Origin: a virus
Virus record (IMG/VR): IMGVR_UViG_3300032116_000159
Location: 2,613 to 66,612 of that record
Direction: 5' to 3' (one strand)
Length of the DNA: 64,000 nt
In this document: one piece after another, positions 27,389-38,900 of the stretch
How positions within the stretch are numbered: the stretch's first letter is position 1
Layout: every line of letters begins with the position of its first letter
Made by a program: the position numbers and the translations under genes
The notes under the pieces: generated by a model
What the model saw: the letters and a program-made list of their open reading frames with translations, nothing else
What the model was told of the DNA's origin: nothing
The model's database searches: none

Positions 27389-27835
27389 TTATAGAAGAAG
27401 TTTTTTTAAACTTTCGTTGCCACGAAGCGCTACAAAATCCTTTGAACCGATTGCATCATTATAGTAATCTTCTCGTAAAATAACATCTTTTTTATGTTGA
27501 AGATTCACTTCGATATAATTTATCTGACCTTTTGTTTCTGCAAAATAAAGTATTTCAAAATAGAAATTCTCTTTGCCCAAAAGTTTTATATCTTCATTCA
27601 ATTGTTTGTTTGAACCAGTGTAGGTTTTCCAATTCGATTCTTTTTTAACAACATCACGCCTCACACGGCCTGATTCTTTTTGTTTTTTAGTCAAGGGTTT
27701 CCGTGTAGTAGATTGTGTGTATTTTCTACCGATATACTTTTTATTATTTGTCAGGTTTTTAATTTCATAAACAAACCCGCAAACATTTTCAGGTAATTCT
27801 GTTACCGGTTGCCCTTCATATATCCAATGTGCCAT
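27389..27835 (-). CDS. GIY-YIG endonuclease
   Basis: GFVYEIKN...KKYIGRK, ESNWKTYTGS, F..EIL, YYN. Confidence 0.85.
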   Translation of the reverse strand: MAHWIYEGQPVTELPENVCGFVYEIKNLTNNKKYIGRKYTQSTTRKPLTKKQKESGRVRRDVVKKESNWKTYTGSNKQLNEDIKLLGKENFYFEILYFAETKGQINYIEVNLQHKKDVILREDYYNDAIGSKDFVALRGNESLKKLLL

Positions 27836-28138
27836 TTAAGAGAAAAGTTCTTTCATACCTTTATAAAAAACAGGAAAATATTTTTGATAATATTTATGTG
27901 CAGATGCTTTAATATGACTATCTCTATATCTGTCATAATCTGATTCTTCTTCTCTATAAAAATCGTTTGCAGTTTCAGAAGCATCAAAAACAGCAATTAT
28001 AGAGGGCGGATCTTTAGGGTTACGTAAATCTTTATGCATTGAATTTAATAATACACCTTCATCAGATCCTCCCCAATCTTCCGTTAACATTTTTTTTGTA
28101 TCTGCTTTAATAAGTGTTTTTAATGATGTTAATCTCAT
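27836..28138 (-). CDS. Hypothetical protein, candidate head cargo
   Basis: Late motif at 28157-28166, AAGGA SD, leader MRLTSLKTLIK...MLTE. Confidence 0.7.
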   Translation of the reverse strand: MRLTSLKTLIKADTKKMLTEDWGGSDEGVLLNSMHKDLRNPKDPPSIIAVFDASETANDFYREEESDYDRYRDSHIKASAHKYYQKYFPVFYKGMKELFS

Positions 28139-28156
28139 TGTTATCCTTTATTTATA

Positions 28157-28166
28157 TATAAATATC
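28157..28166 (-). promoter_or_regulatory. Putative late promoter GATATTTATA
   Basis: Exact copy of the recurring motif. Confidence 0.6.
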
Positions 28167-28181
28167 AGTGGACATGATTTC

Positions 28182-28655
28182 TTATTTGAATTTTGCAAAA
28201 GTATACCGTACGCCGGCAAGTTGCCGTTTATAGATTTCAATGTTCGGAATAGCCTTTTTTATGTACGCTATATATAAATTGTTTCGTTTTTCGCCCATGT
28301 CACCACCTTTTTGATAAGGTGAGTATTTTATACCTAAGACATCGGAATCATCTGAATCTGAACCTGTGTTTAAACCTTCGAGTGCTGATTTTATAATATC
28401 CACAATTGTTGCCATTACTGAAAACATTTCTCCCCGATTTGTAACATTATATGATTCATCTGCTTCAAAATCAACTTTTATGAATTTCAAATCATTTTTC
28501 AAGGTAACCCGATAATTCAAACCGCTATCTGTCACAAAACTATAACCTTGTTTTGCTCCTATTTTATTCAAATCACCGGAAATTTCTTGTTTCCATTTGT
28601 ATTTAGCGCCGGAGGCTTCACCTATTTCTTTCAGTAGTTTTTTAAGTCGTATCAT
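28182..28655 (-). CDS. Hypothetical protein, candidate head cargo
   Basis: Start reassigned to MIRLKKLLKEIGE at 28655, just behind GATATATATT. Confidence 0.7.
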   Translation of the reverse strand: MIRLKKLLKEIGEASGAKYKWKQEISGDLNKIGAKQGYSFVTDSGLNYRVTLKNDLKFIKVDFEADESYNVTNRGEMFSVMATIVDIIKSALEGLNTGSDSDDSDVLGIKYSPYQKGGDMGEKRNNLYIAYIKKAIPNIEIYKRQLAGVRYTFAKFK

Positions 28656-28666
28656 ATCAATATATA

Positions 28667-29299
28667 TCAATGAATGTGCTGAGGTATAAATATATTTGAA
28701 TTTTTATCGATCGGTTCAATAGATTTTGTTGCTATCAATGTCACGCCGTCCTTTTTTATATCCCACGATTTAGGTGCAATTTGCACATCTCTCCATAAAT
28801 GATATGTGTACCCATTATTTATATTTGTCTGTGACAATTCTAAAAATTTAGCGGTGTGTGTATCAGTCAATAAATTTGAACCCGTTGGTGTATATGTAAA
28901 CGATGTAGATGTAGATTTTGAAAATGCTGTAAATTGTCGCGTTGTTAAATCCTTATAAACTATTTGTACATTGTAATGACGTAATACAACACCGGCAACA
29001 TTTATTGATAGTTGACCTGTTGCATTGAATCTAACCTCTTTTACTTTCGATTTATTATAGATTTCGTAGACTCGGTTTGAACTGACTAAATAATTGTCCG
29101 TTGTTAACGACCCTCTATAGAAAATTTTATCTAAGGTTTGAGTTCTTGATACTAAATGTGGCAATGTATCTGCGGTACTTATATCAGTTTGTGGTATCGA
29201 TGCTGCGGATTCTGATTCCATTTCATCTTTCTGACAACCTAAAAATATAACCGATGCTGCTACCCATAACGTAATAATAAAATAGATAAATTTTTTCAT
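28667..29299 (-). CDS. Lipoprotein with Bacteroidota surface-export-like signal
   Basis: MKK, hydrophobic core, lipobox FLG-C, then QKDEMESE; AAGGAG SD. Confidence 0.75.
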   Translation of the reverse strand: MKKFIYFIITLWVAASVIFLGCQKDEMESESAASIPQTDISTADTLPHLVSRTQTLDKIFYRGSLTTDNYLVSSNRVYEIYNKSKVKEVRFNATGQLSINVAGVVLRHYNVQIVYKDLTTRQFTAFSKSTSTSFTYTPTGSNLLTDTHTAKFLELSQTNINNGYTYHLWRDVQIAPKSWDIKKDGVTLIATKSIEPIDKNSNIFIPQHIH

Positions 29300-29318
29300 A
29301 GAAACTCCTTTTTAAATT

Positions 29319-31016
29319 TTAACCGTCCCATCTTACTAATATATTAAGATCGACATCGTCACGCATTTGTATAGGTTGCCCTAATTTACCGATAGCGACT
29401 AAATCTCCCTTATCGTTGTACATTCCAATAGATGTTGCATACGGTTTCAGTAATGAACCTGTAATATCGTTTATAAATAAATCCGATTTAGCCGATCTTA
29501 AAGCAGTCGGATTCAGTGTTGTATTAAAATCACCTTTACGTATTCTACATAAAACTTCATATTGGTAGACTGTATGTGTACCTTTATACGATATCGTATA
29601 CGAACCACTGAGTATGTTTTTGTATTTAGGGTGTAAAGGTGATACTACAATATTTCCTGATCGATAAAACGCATTGCCGATTACCGATGTATTGTACATA
29701 AAATCAGGATTCGCCAGTTTATTATAGAAACCGTTATCGATCACAGAACTTGAATAGAATGCTTTATTTACAAAACGTACTTCGTCTAATGAACCACTGA
29801 AACTATTTGCACCTAAACGGTTTCGACTACCAAACAATAATGCGAAATCGTTCATCGGATTTACAGTCGAATCGGTGACAGATCCAGTGACACGATTTCC
29901 ATTCACAAACATTTTAAGTTTTGCCGAAGAGTTTGTATCGTAGCGTACAATACTAACATGTGACCACTGACTTGCGGATACCGGCAATTGTATCTTACTC
30001 ACACGTGAACCATCTGTACGTGTAAATGTTAATTTTCCTGTCGGACCAGTTTTATATGTCCATGATAGATCGAATGGATACACATCGGTATTTTGTTCGA
30101 CATACGAACTCGATGTATGATACTTAGGCCAAACTGTACCTTCTGAATTTACTTTCGGTAATTTACCGTATTGATTTTTAAATAGTACACCGTTTTTCGA
30201 AATTACCGAACCGGTGGTGTTTTGTTTTTCAGGACGGATCCAAAAAGATAGTGTAAACTCGTCGTCGCTATCAAAATTGAATTCGTTCTTATTTGGAGTT
30301 AACACATAACCGTAACTTGCCGCATTCTTTTTAAATGTTGCAGTCATACCAGATTTCGATCCGCTTATCGATAAACCTTGTTCGAAATATGTATTGAAAA
30401 TATCACTCTTGTATGTATACGGTGAAAACGTGAATGAATCGTATTGATATTTGACGCCTGAAACTGTTCCTTTATCAGTTTTAAGTTGACGAAAAATATC
30501 GTTCCACCCCCAATATGCTATAGTATTATTATTTGGTATATTCGGCAGTTTCGATTCTAAAGTCGCATCGTAAATATTACCTTCTCCGTCATCAATAACA
30601 GTCAAGTTCTGTGCGGTATTACGTATTGTTATCGAATTCGGTTTTATCTTTTCACCATAGTCTAAATACGGCATCGATAAATATGATGCGGTAAGATTCA
30701 GAAATTTGTCGGCGTATCTTCGATTTGAATGTTCTAATGTGTAACCAGGAGTGTACGCATCTCTATAGTATAAATGATCGATGTGTCTCCAAATAACATG
30801 TTTGTAACTTCCGTCGATCGAATTTTTAGGATCGTTCGCCGCTTGAGGGGCGCCAATTGGAGTTATACGTTTTGTATAATAACCTTCAACTAAATTATAA
30901 CCGGAACCAGTGTCTGCTAATACCAAATTATTTATAGAAAACTGCTTGTTTACCTTTAAGGGACTTAAAGTAAAATCTTGAGGTTTAACAGGTGCAGTTG
31001 TAGATGGTATCGCCAT
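29319..31016 (-). CDS. Baseplate/tail structural protein with LamG-like domain
   Basis: FTLSFWI, WSHVSIVR, MFVNG, FSGSLDEVRF; C-terminal SIGMYNDKGDLVAIGKL shared with the two neighbouring genes. Confidence 0.75.
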   Translation of the reverse strand: MAIPSTTAPVKPQDFTLSPLKVNKQFSINNLVLADTGSGYNLVEGYYTKRITPIGAPQAANDPKNSIDGSYKHVIWRHIDHLYYRDAYTPGYTLEHSNRRYADKFLNLTASYLSMPYLDYGEKIKPNSITIRNTAQNLTVIDDGEGNIYDATLESKLPNIPNNNTIAYWGWNDIFRQLKTDKGTVSGVKYQYDSFTFSPYTYKSDIFNTYFEQGLSISGSKSGMTATFKKNAASYGYVLTPNKNEFNFDSDDEFTLSFWIRPEKQNTTGSVISKNGVLFKNQYGKLPKVNSEGTVWPKYHTSSSYVEQNTDVYPFDLSWTYKTGPTGKLTFTRTDGSRVSKIQLPVSASQWSHVSIVRYDTNSSAKLKMFVNGNRVTGSVTDSTVNPMNDFALLFGSRNRLGANSFSGSLDEVRFVNKAFYSSSVIDNGFYNKLANPDFMYNTSVIGNAFYRSGNIVVSPLHPKYKNILSGSYTISYKGTHTVYQYEVLCRIRKGDFNTTLNPTALRSAKSDLFINDITGSLLKPYATSIGMYNDKGDLVAIGKLGQPIQMRDDVDLNILVRWDG

Positions 31017-31029
31017 TCATTTTTATCGT

Positions 31030-33300
31030 TTACTGTCCAATTTTAACAGTGAATAAAGATTCGTGCGTCATTGAACTAACAAGTGCCTTTGAAATCTTAC
31101 CGACTGCTAACAATTCTTTATTCTCGTTATAAATACCTATTGATGTGAAATACGCTTGATTCTTTCTTTGGAAATCGGTAACAATATCACCTAAACTTCC
31201 ACTTTGGTATGTTGGATTATTTGAGTGATTAAACTTCCTGTTATTTACTCGAATAAAACAGTATTTGTTATATTTTATGTCGACCGACCTACCCATAAAC
31301 CCTAAAGCATCACCTGACAGATCTGTCAAGTTACGATCTAACACGAGTTTCATAGAGTGAAATAATCGATACGTATTATACCCATTTTTTTCTACTGAGC
31401 GATTTGTATTAAATCCGAGTTCGTCCATTTTACGACCAGATAAAACAAGTATACCATGATTCGGATAAAATTTTCCATAAGCATCAGATGTTACCGGTAT
31501 CAATACAAAACCGTTACTATTCGGTAATGTTTCGTAACTTCCAGTTGCAATATATGTTTTCAGTCCCCAACCATCTGTATAGTAGTTCGCTTCAGCAGAT
31601 CCTGTAAACGATCCTGTAACGACTGTTTGTCCATAATCAACATCGGTTAGATTATATGTTGTACCAAATGTCGATTCAACACCTGAAACGTAATTCGGCA
31701 TTGCACCCCATTTCAGTGCGCCTTTATATTGTATAAAGTTTTTTGTGAGACGGATTTTTCGATTATTAAAATCCGTTGTAGATGCTAACCAATGAAATTT
31801 ACCGTCATTGTCTCTATTCCATATGCCTCTTGTAGAACCAGACATTATTGTCGGTGCTATTGTGGCACCTGCTGGTATTTTTATACTACCAGTCCAAGAT
31901 CCTTGATATAGTCCGACCTGATATTCGACAGGTGGTACAGTTGTTGTTGCACCGGTTGTGAACCCTGCGAAATTCATTCTGAAAGAACCGGTCACGGTTA
32001 TCGGAGCATTAAAATTATCGTTTCCAGTACCAGGCATATTGTAATAAGGACTCCAAACAAACACGCGGGCGCCTTGTACAATTACAGTAGTATTAGATGG
32101 ATTATTACTCGTACTTATATACGAACTACCACCACTCGCAAGACTTGAAGATGCTATACTTGCAGAAACATAGTTTGTGCCGACGCCGTCTTCTAATGTG
32201 CCAACAACAATATCGTAACCTTTACTCGAATAGTATATCGATTTGCCGGTCTTACTCTGACCAGTGAGTGTATCAACAAGTGTTACCGAATCGTTTTTGA
32301 ATGACGCAGTTTGCATATTTTCTAATACGCTATCAATGTCGACATCATTTGAGAAACTGCAAGATGCTAAAGAGACTTGCCAGTTACCAGGATCCATTGC
32401 ATATTTGTATCGGCTACGGCTGACATCAATTATATACACATAGTCTTCGTCGGTGCCGTTGAAATTAAATTTCTTTTGGCCCGGTGGCAAAAGTATATTT
32501 GCATATTGTGTATACATTGCCTTTGTCAAAGTCTCGTTGTCTTTACCACCTAAGTCTCTTGCACCTTTACCATTGTAGTCGGCGTATACAATTTTATATT
32601 GCAGCTCCAAACATTCATTACTGTTTGGTGGATTATTATAAACTTCCAATATGTAATTTGCAGAACTCGAAGTCTGTAAACTTGCAGTATTTGGTGTTTC
32701 TAAAATCGACGCATTATTTGTCCATAACCCTGCAGATGTTGTATCGACTTCTGTTAAAATGTCATTCTGATCGATTTTTGCATAAATTTGACCTGAACCT
32801 AATGGTATTTCTTGGTCTTGAAAAGTAAACGGGCCATTTGAACGAATTGTTGACGCACAGATTTTATAGATTACGAGTTTACGATATTGTCCATCTTGAG
32901 AAGCTAGGCGCGTGCTGTTATCGGGTATTAAACCAGATTGTACAGCAATACCGGACGAATTCATTTCGAAATATGACCAGTCTGAACTATTTCGCACACT
33001 TAAAATATATACACAATTCGAATTTGAAATTCCTGTTAGATCTACTGGAAGACGATCATTATTATTTGTACCAAATGGTTCGTATCCAATTGCACCGTAT
33101 CTTCTATTCGGTCTATTAAAATCAACCGAGTTCATTACGCAATTATATTTATCAGGACATTCCTCAAACATATCGACACCGACAGTAAACTGATTCGGAT
33201 TCAATGATGCGATAAATGAGTTTATTTCATCCGCAGTATGTATTGTAATATCACGGATTTCTTGCCCTGAAGGAAGAACTATAATTTGTCGTAACGCCAT
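31030..33300 (-). CDS. Baseplate/tail structural protein, paralogue of 33304-34962
   Basis: Shares MDPGNW, YG..YP..GI.VL, FNHSNNPT and SIGIYNENKELLAVGK motifs. Confidence 0.75.
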   Translation of the reverse strand: MALRQIIVLPSGQEIRDITIHTADEINSFIASLNPNQFTVGVDMFEECPDKYNCVMNSVDFNRPNRRYGAIGYEPFGTNNNDRLPVDLTGISNSNCVYILSVRNSSDWSYFEMNSSGIAVQSGLIPDNSTRLASQDGQYRKLVIYKICASTIRSNGPFTFQDQEIPLGSGQIYAKIDQNDILTEVDTTSAGLWTNNASILETPNTASLQTSSSANYILEVYNNPPNSNECLELQYKIVYADYNGKGARDLGGKDNETLTKAMYTQYANILLPPGQKKFNFNGTDEDYVYIIDVSRSRYKYAMDPGNWQVSLASCSFSNDVDIDSVLENMQTASFKNDSVTLVDTLTGQSKTGKSIYYSSKGYDIVVGTLEDGVGTNYVSASIASSSLASGGSSYISTSNNPSNTTVIVQGARVFVWSPYYNMPGTGNDNFNAPITVTGSFRMNFAGFTTGATTTVPPVEYQVGLYQGSWTGSIKIPAGATIAPTIMSGSTRGIWNRDNDGKFHWLASTTDFNNRKIRLTKNFIQYKGALKWGAMPNYVSGVESTFGTTYNLTDVDYGQTVVTGSFTGSAEANYYTDGWGLKTYIATGSYETLPNSNGFVLIPVTSDAYGKFYPNHGILVLSGRKMDELGFNTNRSVEKNGYNTYRLFHSMKLVLDRNLTDLSGDALGFMGRSVDIKYNKYCFIRVNNRKFNHSNNPTYQSGSLGDIVTDFQRKNQAYFTSIGIYNENKELLAVGKISKALVSSMTHESLFTVKIGQ

Positions 33301-33303
33301 TTA

Positions 33304-34962
33304 TTAGAAATCCAACTTTATTTTAATTAATGCTTCTTCTTTGTACGATTTACGAACCGCCTGTGATAACTTCGCAACTGCAACTAAATCTTTATTCGTA
33401 TTATATAATCCGATAGCAGTTATATATGTTTTAGGATCTGTAAACATATCTGCATGACGTAAATCACCTAATGTTCCTGTTACAAATGTTGGGTTATTTG
33501 AAAAGTTATAATCTGAGTTTTTAGCCCGTACAAAATAATGTGTAGATTTTACCTTTTCTGCGCCTCTACCTTGAAAACCTAAATAGTCACCAGTGCCGTC
33601 ATCAAATTTTGCTGAACCTGAAATTGCTTTATACAATTTATATGCGTTATCGCCATTTGTTTCACGTGCGGTCACTGTTGCAAAGGATGCGCTTTGGTCT
33701 AATTTAACACCGTCTAATACAATTATACCTTTGCGTTTAAAAAGTAAACCGTATACATGAGGATTCGATGCATTATAAACACCGTCTTCAATTGTACCAG
33801 AGACGATATTATAAACTTCACCTGATTGTTTTATTGTAGCAGGATTTATTTTAGAGTCGTCGATCAATCTTATTACTCTTGCTTGCTTGGCGGGTAGTAT
33901 ACCATTACCTATTAATTTTACATTACTACCGGTATGTGCTTGTGGTAAACCACCACCAGCAATAAATTTAGATCCTGAAAGTGCTGCAATATTCAGTTCA
34001 AGATTTCCTTCATCTAAATATTCACGCATTCTTGCACGATTTACATTTATTGCATATATCGAATTTGTTGCTGTACCACCAATTACAAATCTTTCCTCGT
34101 TAGGATTCAAACATAATAATCGATATTGTCCGTAAATTGCACGTGACGGTGTATCTTCGATTTGACCGCCTTCATCAACTGAACCCGATCCTAATTTATG
34201 ACCGTATGCAACACTAAACTGTGGTTCTGAAGAGCATCCTGCTGCAGATGAACTGTTATATATTTCGTAGTAATAACGTTTTTGTGTATTTGTTTGTGCA
34301 GAACTTGTAAAAAACGTTAACAAATTACCTACATTATTTGACCATAACGCCCGTGTAACAACTTCTTGTTGATTCGGTACTATATCGTCGATTGCGAATT
34401 GTGAATAAATTTTACCAGAACCTAAACCAGGTACTTGAGGGCCACCACCAGCAGGAGTATTATTTGTGCCACCACCTCCGCCAGTTGGAGTTCCACCAAA
34501 ACCACCGCCAGTGCCTGTTCCAATACCGGTGCCTAAGCCTGTACCTGTTCCTGTTGGTGTACCGCCGCCTCCTGTACGATCCGGTCCACCATTCGTTCCA
34601 GTGCCAGTACCAATAGCTGTTCCACCACCGCCAACCGGTGAAGGTGGTACCGGTGTAATTGTTAACATGTAAGCAACATCTTGTTCAGATAATACATAAG
34701 GTACACCATTCTGATCTTGGAACGCTTCAACATATTTTCCAGTGTTACCCACTGCAAATTTTATTGCGGTAAAGTTTGCTAAAAGATATGTCGAATTGAA
34801 TGATGTTGGTGTAAGTGTATAACCTGCCGCACGTATCGCGTCAAGTTGACTTTGATCTAATAGTAAACCAGGACTTCTGACGGGAGATACTGGATTTCCG
34901 AATTTATCAACGCCCGGAGTTCTCTGTCCACCACCGCCAAATGTATTAAAAGATATTGCCAT
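33304..34962 (-). CDS. Baseplate/tail structural protein with Gly/Thr/Pro-rich linker
   Basis: YFVRAKN.DYNFSNNPTF, ITAIGLYNTNKDLVAVAKLS; low-complexity segment ~34420-34650. Confidence 0.75.
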   Translation of the reverse strand: MAISFNTFGGGGQRTPGVDKFGNPVSPVRSPGLLLDQSQLDAIRAAGYTLTPTSFNSTYLLANFTAIKFAVGNTGKYVEAFQDQNGVPYVLSEQDVAYMLTITPVPPSPVGGGGTAIGTGTGTNGGPDRTGGGGTPTGTGTGLGTGIGTGTGGGFGGTPTGGGGGTNNTPAGGGPQVPGLGSGKIYSQFAIDDIVPNQQEVVTRALWSNNVGNLLTFFTSSAQTNTQKRYYYEIYNSSSAAGCSSEPQFSVAYGHKLGSGSVDEGGQIEDTPSRAIYGQYRLLCLNPNEERFVIGGTATNSIYAINVNRARMREYLDEGNLELNIAALSGSKFIAGGGLPQAHTGSNVKLIGNGILPAKQARVIRLIDDSKINPATIKQSGEVYNIVSGTIEDGVYNASNPHVYGLLFKRKGIIVLDGVKLDQSASFATVTARETNGDNAYKLYKAISGSAKFDDGTGDYLGFQGRGAEKVKSTHYFVRAKNSDYNFSNNPTFVTGTLGDLRHADMFTDPKTYITAIGLYNTNKDLVAVAKLSQAVRKSYKEEALIKIKLDF

Positions 34963-34980
34963 ATTGTATGTCTCGTTTTA

Positions 34981-35640
34981 TTAGTTTGTAAGACTACCTC
35001 TATTTGAGGTCGTTTCTTTTTGTACAGTTATATTAATAACAGTTTGACCGCCAGTCTCGTTTCCGTAAATTGTAAGAGTAGTTGTCTTGTCGACAATAGG
35101 TGCTTCTCTTCCTACAATTCTGAAAGACTTACCTGCAAGTGATACTGATTGTCCTGGTTCCAATAATGCTAAAGGTGGAGTAGTGAAATTTGTTGTTGCT
35201 GCCGATGCTTCTACTACCTCTAAACTTACTACATCACTATCGGCAAGAATTGCAGTGTATCCATAAGTTGTATTTCCGTCACGATAGTTAATCGTACTTG
35301 GGATAATTGTATCCTGTTGACCAGCTAATAATGTTATCGAATTATTCGGTACAGTCACCACTGGAATACGAACTGTATTTTTCGGTAAAGTTACCAACTT
35401 ATATCGCATAACTTGCGTCTCATCAGGAACTGCTTCAGTAATGGGCATCGCTTCGATAACTGCACCATAATATGCAGAACCTAATGGATGGTCAGGATTC
35501 CATAAAGTATAATCGATCTCATCATCTGCTAATGCATAATGTGTTATGTTGAATTCGTTTTGACCTTTTGCTAATAATTCACGACCTTTTCTTGTCAGGA
35601 TCGCATCTACAACAATTGAAGAGTTATTTAGATATCCCAT
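34981..35640 (-). CDS. Baseplate/tail structural protein
   Basis: DAILTRKGRELLAKG...ITHYALADDEIDY resembles the first half of tail-collar (P2 gpH N-terminal) domains. Confidence 0.65.
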   Translation of the reverse strand: MGYLNNSSIVVDAILTRKGRELLAKGQNEFNITHYALADDEIDYTLWNPDHPLGSAYYGAVIEAMPITEAVPDETQVMRYKLVTLPKNTVRIPVVTVPNNSITLLAGQQDTIIPSTINYRDGNTTYGYTAILADSDVVSLEVVEASAATTNFTTPPLALLEPGQSVSLAGKSFRIVGREAPIVDKTTTLTIYGNETGGQTVINITVQKETTSNRGSLTN

Positions 35641-35650
35641 ATTTTCCTAC

Positions 35651-35893
35651 TTACTTTTTATTCAATTTTTTAATTTCAGATTCAACAACCAATCGAATCG
35701 CTTTTCGTAACCGTATCATCTTGTTATTATAGGTATTTGCGGACTTTGATATTCCCTCGTTTTTCGCCTTGTAGTTATTGTCTACATAATCGAAAAACTT
35801 CTTTTTCTCTTCATCTGTTTTAAGATCGGCAGGTGAATTTATGTTAAACTTTTCCAATGCCGATTTGAAAAACTTTTCGTAATCTTTATCCAT
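35651..35893 (-). CDS. Small hypothetical protein, candidate head cargo
   Basis: Late motif at 35920-35929, TAAGGA SD; C-terminal IRLRKAIRLVVESEI helix. Confidence 0.7.
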   Translation of the reverse strand: MDKDYEKFFKSALEKFNINSPADLKTDEEKKKFFDYVDNNYKAKNEGISKSANTYNNKMIRLRKAIRLVVESEIKKLNKK

Positions 35894-35919
35894 TATATTT
35901 CCTTATGATTTCACTTTCT

Positions 35920-35929
35920 TATAAATATC
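35920..35929 (-). promoter_or_regulatory. Putative late promoter GATATTTATA
   Basis: Exact copy of the recurring motif. Confidence 0.6.
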
Positions 35930-35950
35930 ATTATATACACAATTTTAACA

Positions 35951-38900
35951 TCATTCTAAACGTAAATTACCTTCAGCACCTCTATCACCCAATGTTAAAT
36001 TATTTGGACTTGTAACTTGAATAACAACAACAGGTCCGCCATCAACTGTATTTGGTGAATCGATATTGATTCCTGGTCCTGATAGTTTACTACCTGCAAA
36101 TCTTGAATTATTTTGAGATGAACATTCGTCGATTTGGTAGTACCAATTTTCTAATACACAACCCTCACGAACATGTGATCGATCACCTAATTCGTATGCA
36201 CGTTTTGCCCACCCTTCTTGCCAAGGTGTTAGATACGGATGAATTTCTGCTGTATATAAAAATATACCTTCACGAGTTGCAGGGAATGTCTCAAAAATAT
36301 TTCCTGCTCTGAATTTTATCGTGTCAGCACCTGAACCTGTTATATAGTATCGGTATTCTCTTAACCATTTTTTAGAACCTGATACTATAGGTTTAACTGT
36401 ATCTAAATCGTAAATCGAATATTCAATTGGACTACCAGAAGTTATAATCGATACGTTTAATAAATTATGCTCGTAGTTATAGCCACCAGTCTCGTCGAAA
36501 TTAAATACGCTACCTGAGGTATAAGGTGCTGCAAATACACGTATTAGATATTTCGCATCTTTTACAGTTGTTACTGATTGTGATATTATTGTTCCAAGAG
36601 GCATATGAAATGCTGACTTGAATCGATATTCACCGACAATATTATCCCATTTATAAGAAGACGTCTCTTCACTTACAAGATAAGGTGGATTATAAGATTC
36701 AGTTACCCAATATTGTAAACTACCACTTTGAATATTACTCTCTCTGAATAATGAGTATCTTAAAGGATACGCATCATAATAACATACCTTTTTCGAATAT
36801 CGACAATTAGGTCGCATTGTATCGATTTGTCGTATTATAGAACCAGACGCAAAAGTTTCATATGGATCGCGTATACGAATAGAACCGGTTTCATTTTCTT
36901 TTGCAGTTGTTTCGAATTCAAAAGGACTTGCGATTTCACTTTCAATATAACCATAACTTGTATCGACAACTTCTGCTAATTCGACAGAACCGGTTTCATA
37001 AAAATAACCGACACTTGCAATTTTTTCATGTTGGATATCTGCTTTGTATGTCGGAAACACTCCACTCTGTGATACTGTATAAACAATTGTCCGATCCCAT
37101 TGTGGATTTGTGACTTTCGGCCGTTTCGATATTTGAACCTTAGATCGATCTAAAATATGCGGCTCTATTAGAATTCCGGTTATAAGATCGGATCTACCAG
37201 GAACCAATTGTTTTAACTGTTCGAAAAATGTATAATCGTACAGACTTAAAATTCTAATAAACGAATTGAGATCGTTTTTATTATTGAACTTCTGAAAATA
37301 ATCGTTACGTCTATGTTGCAGTGTTTTATATTCGTTTTCGAATTCTTCCTCAGGGTCTGCGATCCATGTATCTAAATCTGAAAATCCCATATGATTAGCA
37401 ATGTCACGATTTAGATAATCGGCAGTCGAAAACACAATTGCTAAACGATTCGTATCCGTAGGTTTATCATCATATTCGGATTGTTCACCTCTTGATTCTG
37501 GCGACAATTCATATCGCAATGAATTTTCTTCGATGCGGATTTTTTCGTTACGAATCGGTATACCACCAACTTTCGGAACCTGTGAATAATATGTTTCGTT
37601 TATCGATTCATATTGTGATTCTTGGTTACCTGTAAAACCTGACATTGATGCCGGTGTAGGTTGTTTTGTTCTATCAGGATGTGATGAAGATAAATATAAA
37701 TGTGTAGTATGATCGAATCTCTGTACATCACCACCTAAAGGATAATATCGATACAGCGAATAAAACGACCCTGACGGTGTATCTACATTATATGCACCAG
37801 GATTTAAAACATGGTTTCTGAAAGTTTCATTTCCGTAAATTGTATAATACTCTTTATACGATTGTAAAGAACCGGAAAACCATGTTGTAAAATCATGAGG
37901 CGTAAAAGTATAGTTATTTATTATCGAACCGGTCAACGATGGCCCGTAATAATAGATGCCTGCTTTACCACCTAAATATACATAGTCGATTGGCTGACTT
38001 GTATAATCGACACCTGACATCGACATTGCGGATTCGTGGACAACTCTTCCATAAAGATAGTCAGATGCTTTCGCTATCTGAACGCGTTCATTTAAAATTG
38101 TACCGCTTATTGGTGTTTCATTATATAATCGAACCGTCCATAAATCGCCATCGAAAACCGGCAACCAATTACTATATTGAATATCACCACTGATAAAATC
38201 TTCATATACGAGTTTTCCGTATTCAGTACTTCCTGATACCGAACCGGTACCTGTTAATTCTAATGCAGATACAAGAGATAATACGGAATTAAGACCATAC
38301 GGTTCAGGAAAGTTTGGTGTCGCGTTTCTTTTTACGAATAACGGAATTGCGCCCAATGAACCAGATTGTTTTGTACTGAATCTGAATTCGTAAGTGTCCG
38401 GTGTTCTTGATACTATAGGTTGACCTGGTGTAGCATTGCACCATGAACCGTTACCCCAACCGTAATAAGATGCAGAAACTAATTCTTGTGCTATTGTTAT
38501 TTGATTGTTTTGATTGCCGTTTACATTTAATTTATAGGTAAACATGTTTTCGATGGCAATTGGAATATCACTATCAATACCCGGTCCGCCATATTCTTTT
38601 ATCGACAATAGGGTTTGAGGTATGCCGTAAATTGACATCAACGCCTTTACAGATCGATCGGTACCTTTTGTTTTTAAGAGATACGGTAAGTTATTTACAA
38701 TACGTCGCCAAATTAATTGGGTTTGTCTTTCATGTGGCAATACCGATAAACCAGACGATGTTTGAAAACTTCCGGTAGAATCGGTACCTAATTTATATAA
38801 CCATAGACTCGACAGTCCACGGGCATTCTGTAAATTCCATCCGTAACTTTTCGCAATATAATAAAGCAAATCATTACTTGCACCACGTTCAGGATGTTCG

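Noticed and set aside
27389-27835. GIY-YIG gene as a mobile homing endonuclease
   Set aside because: Short, catalytic domain only, no DNA-binding repeats and no intron context; more like a resident endonuclease
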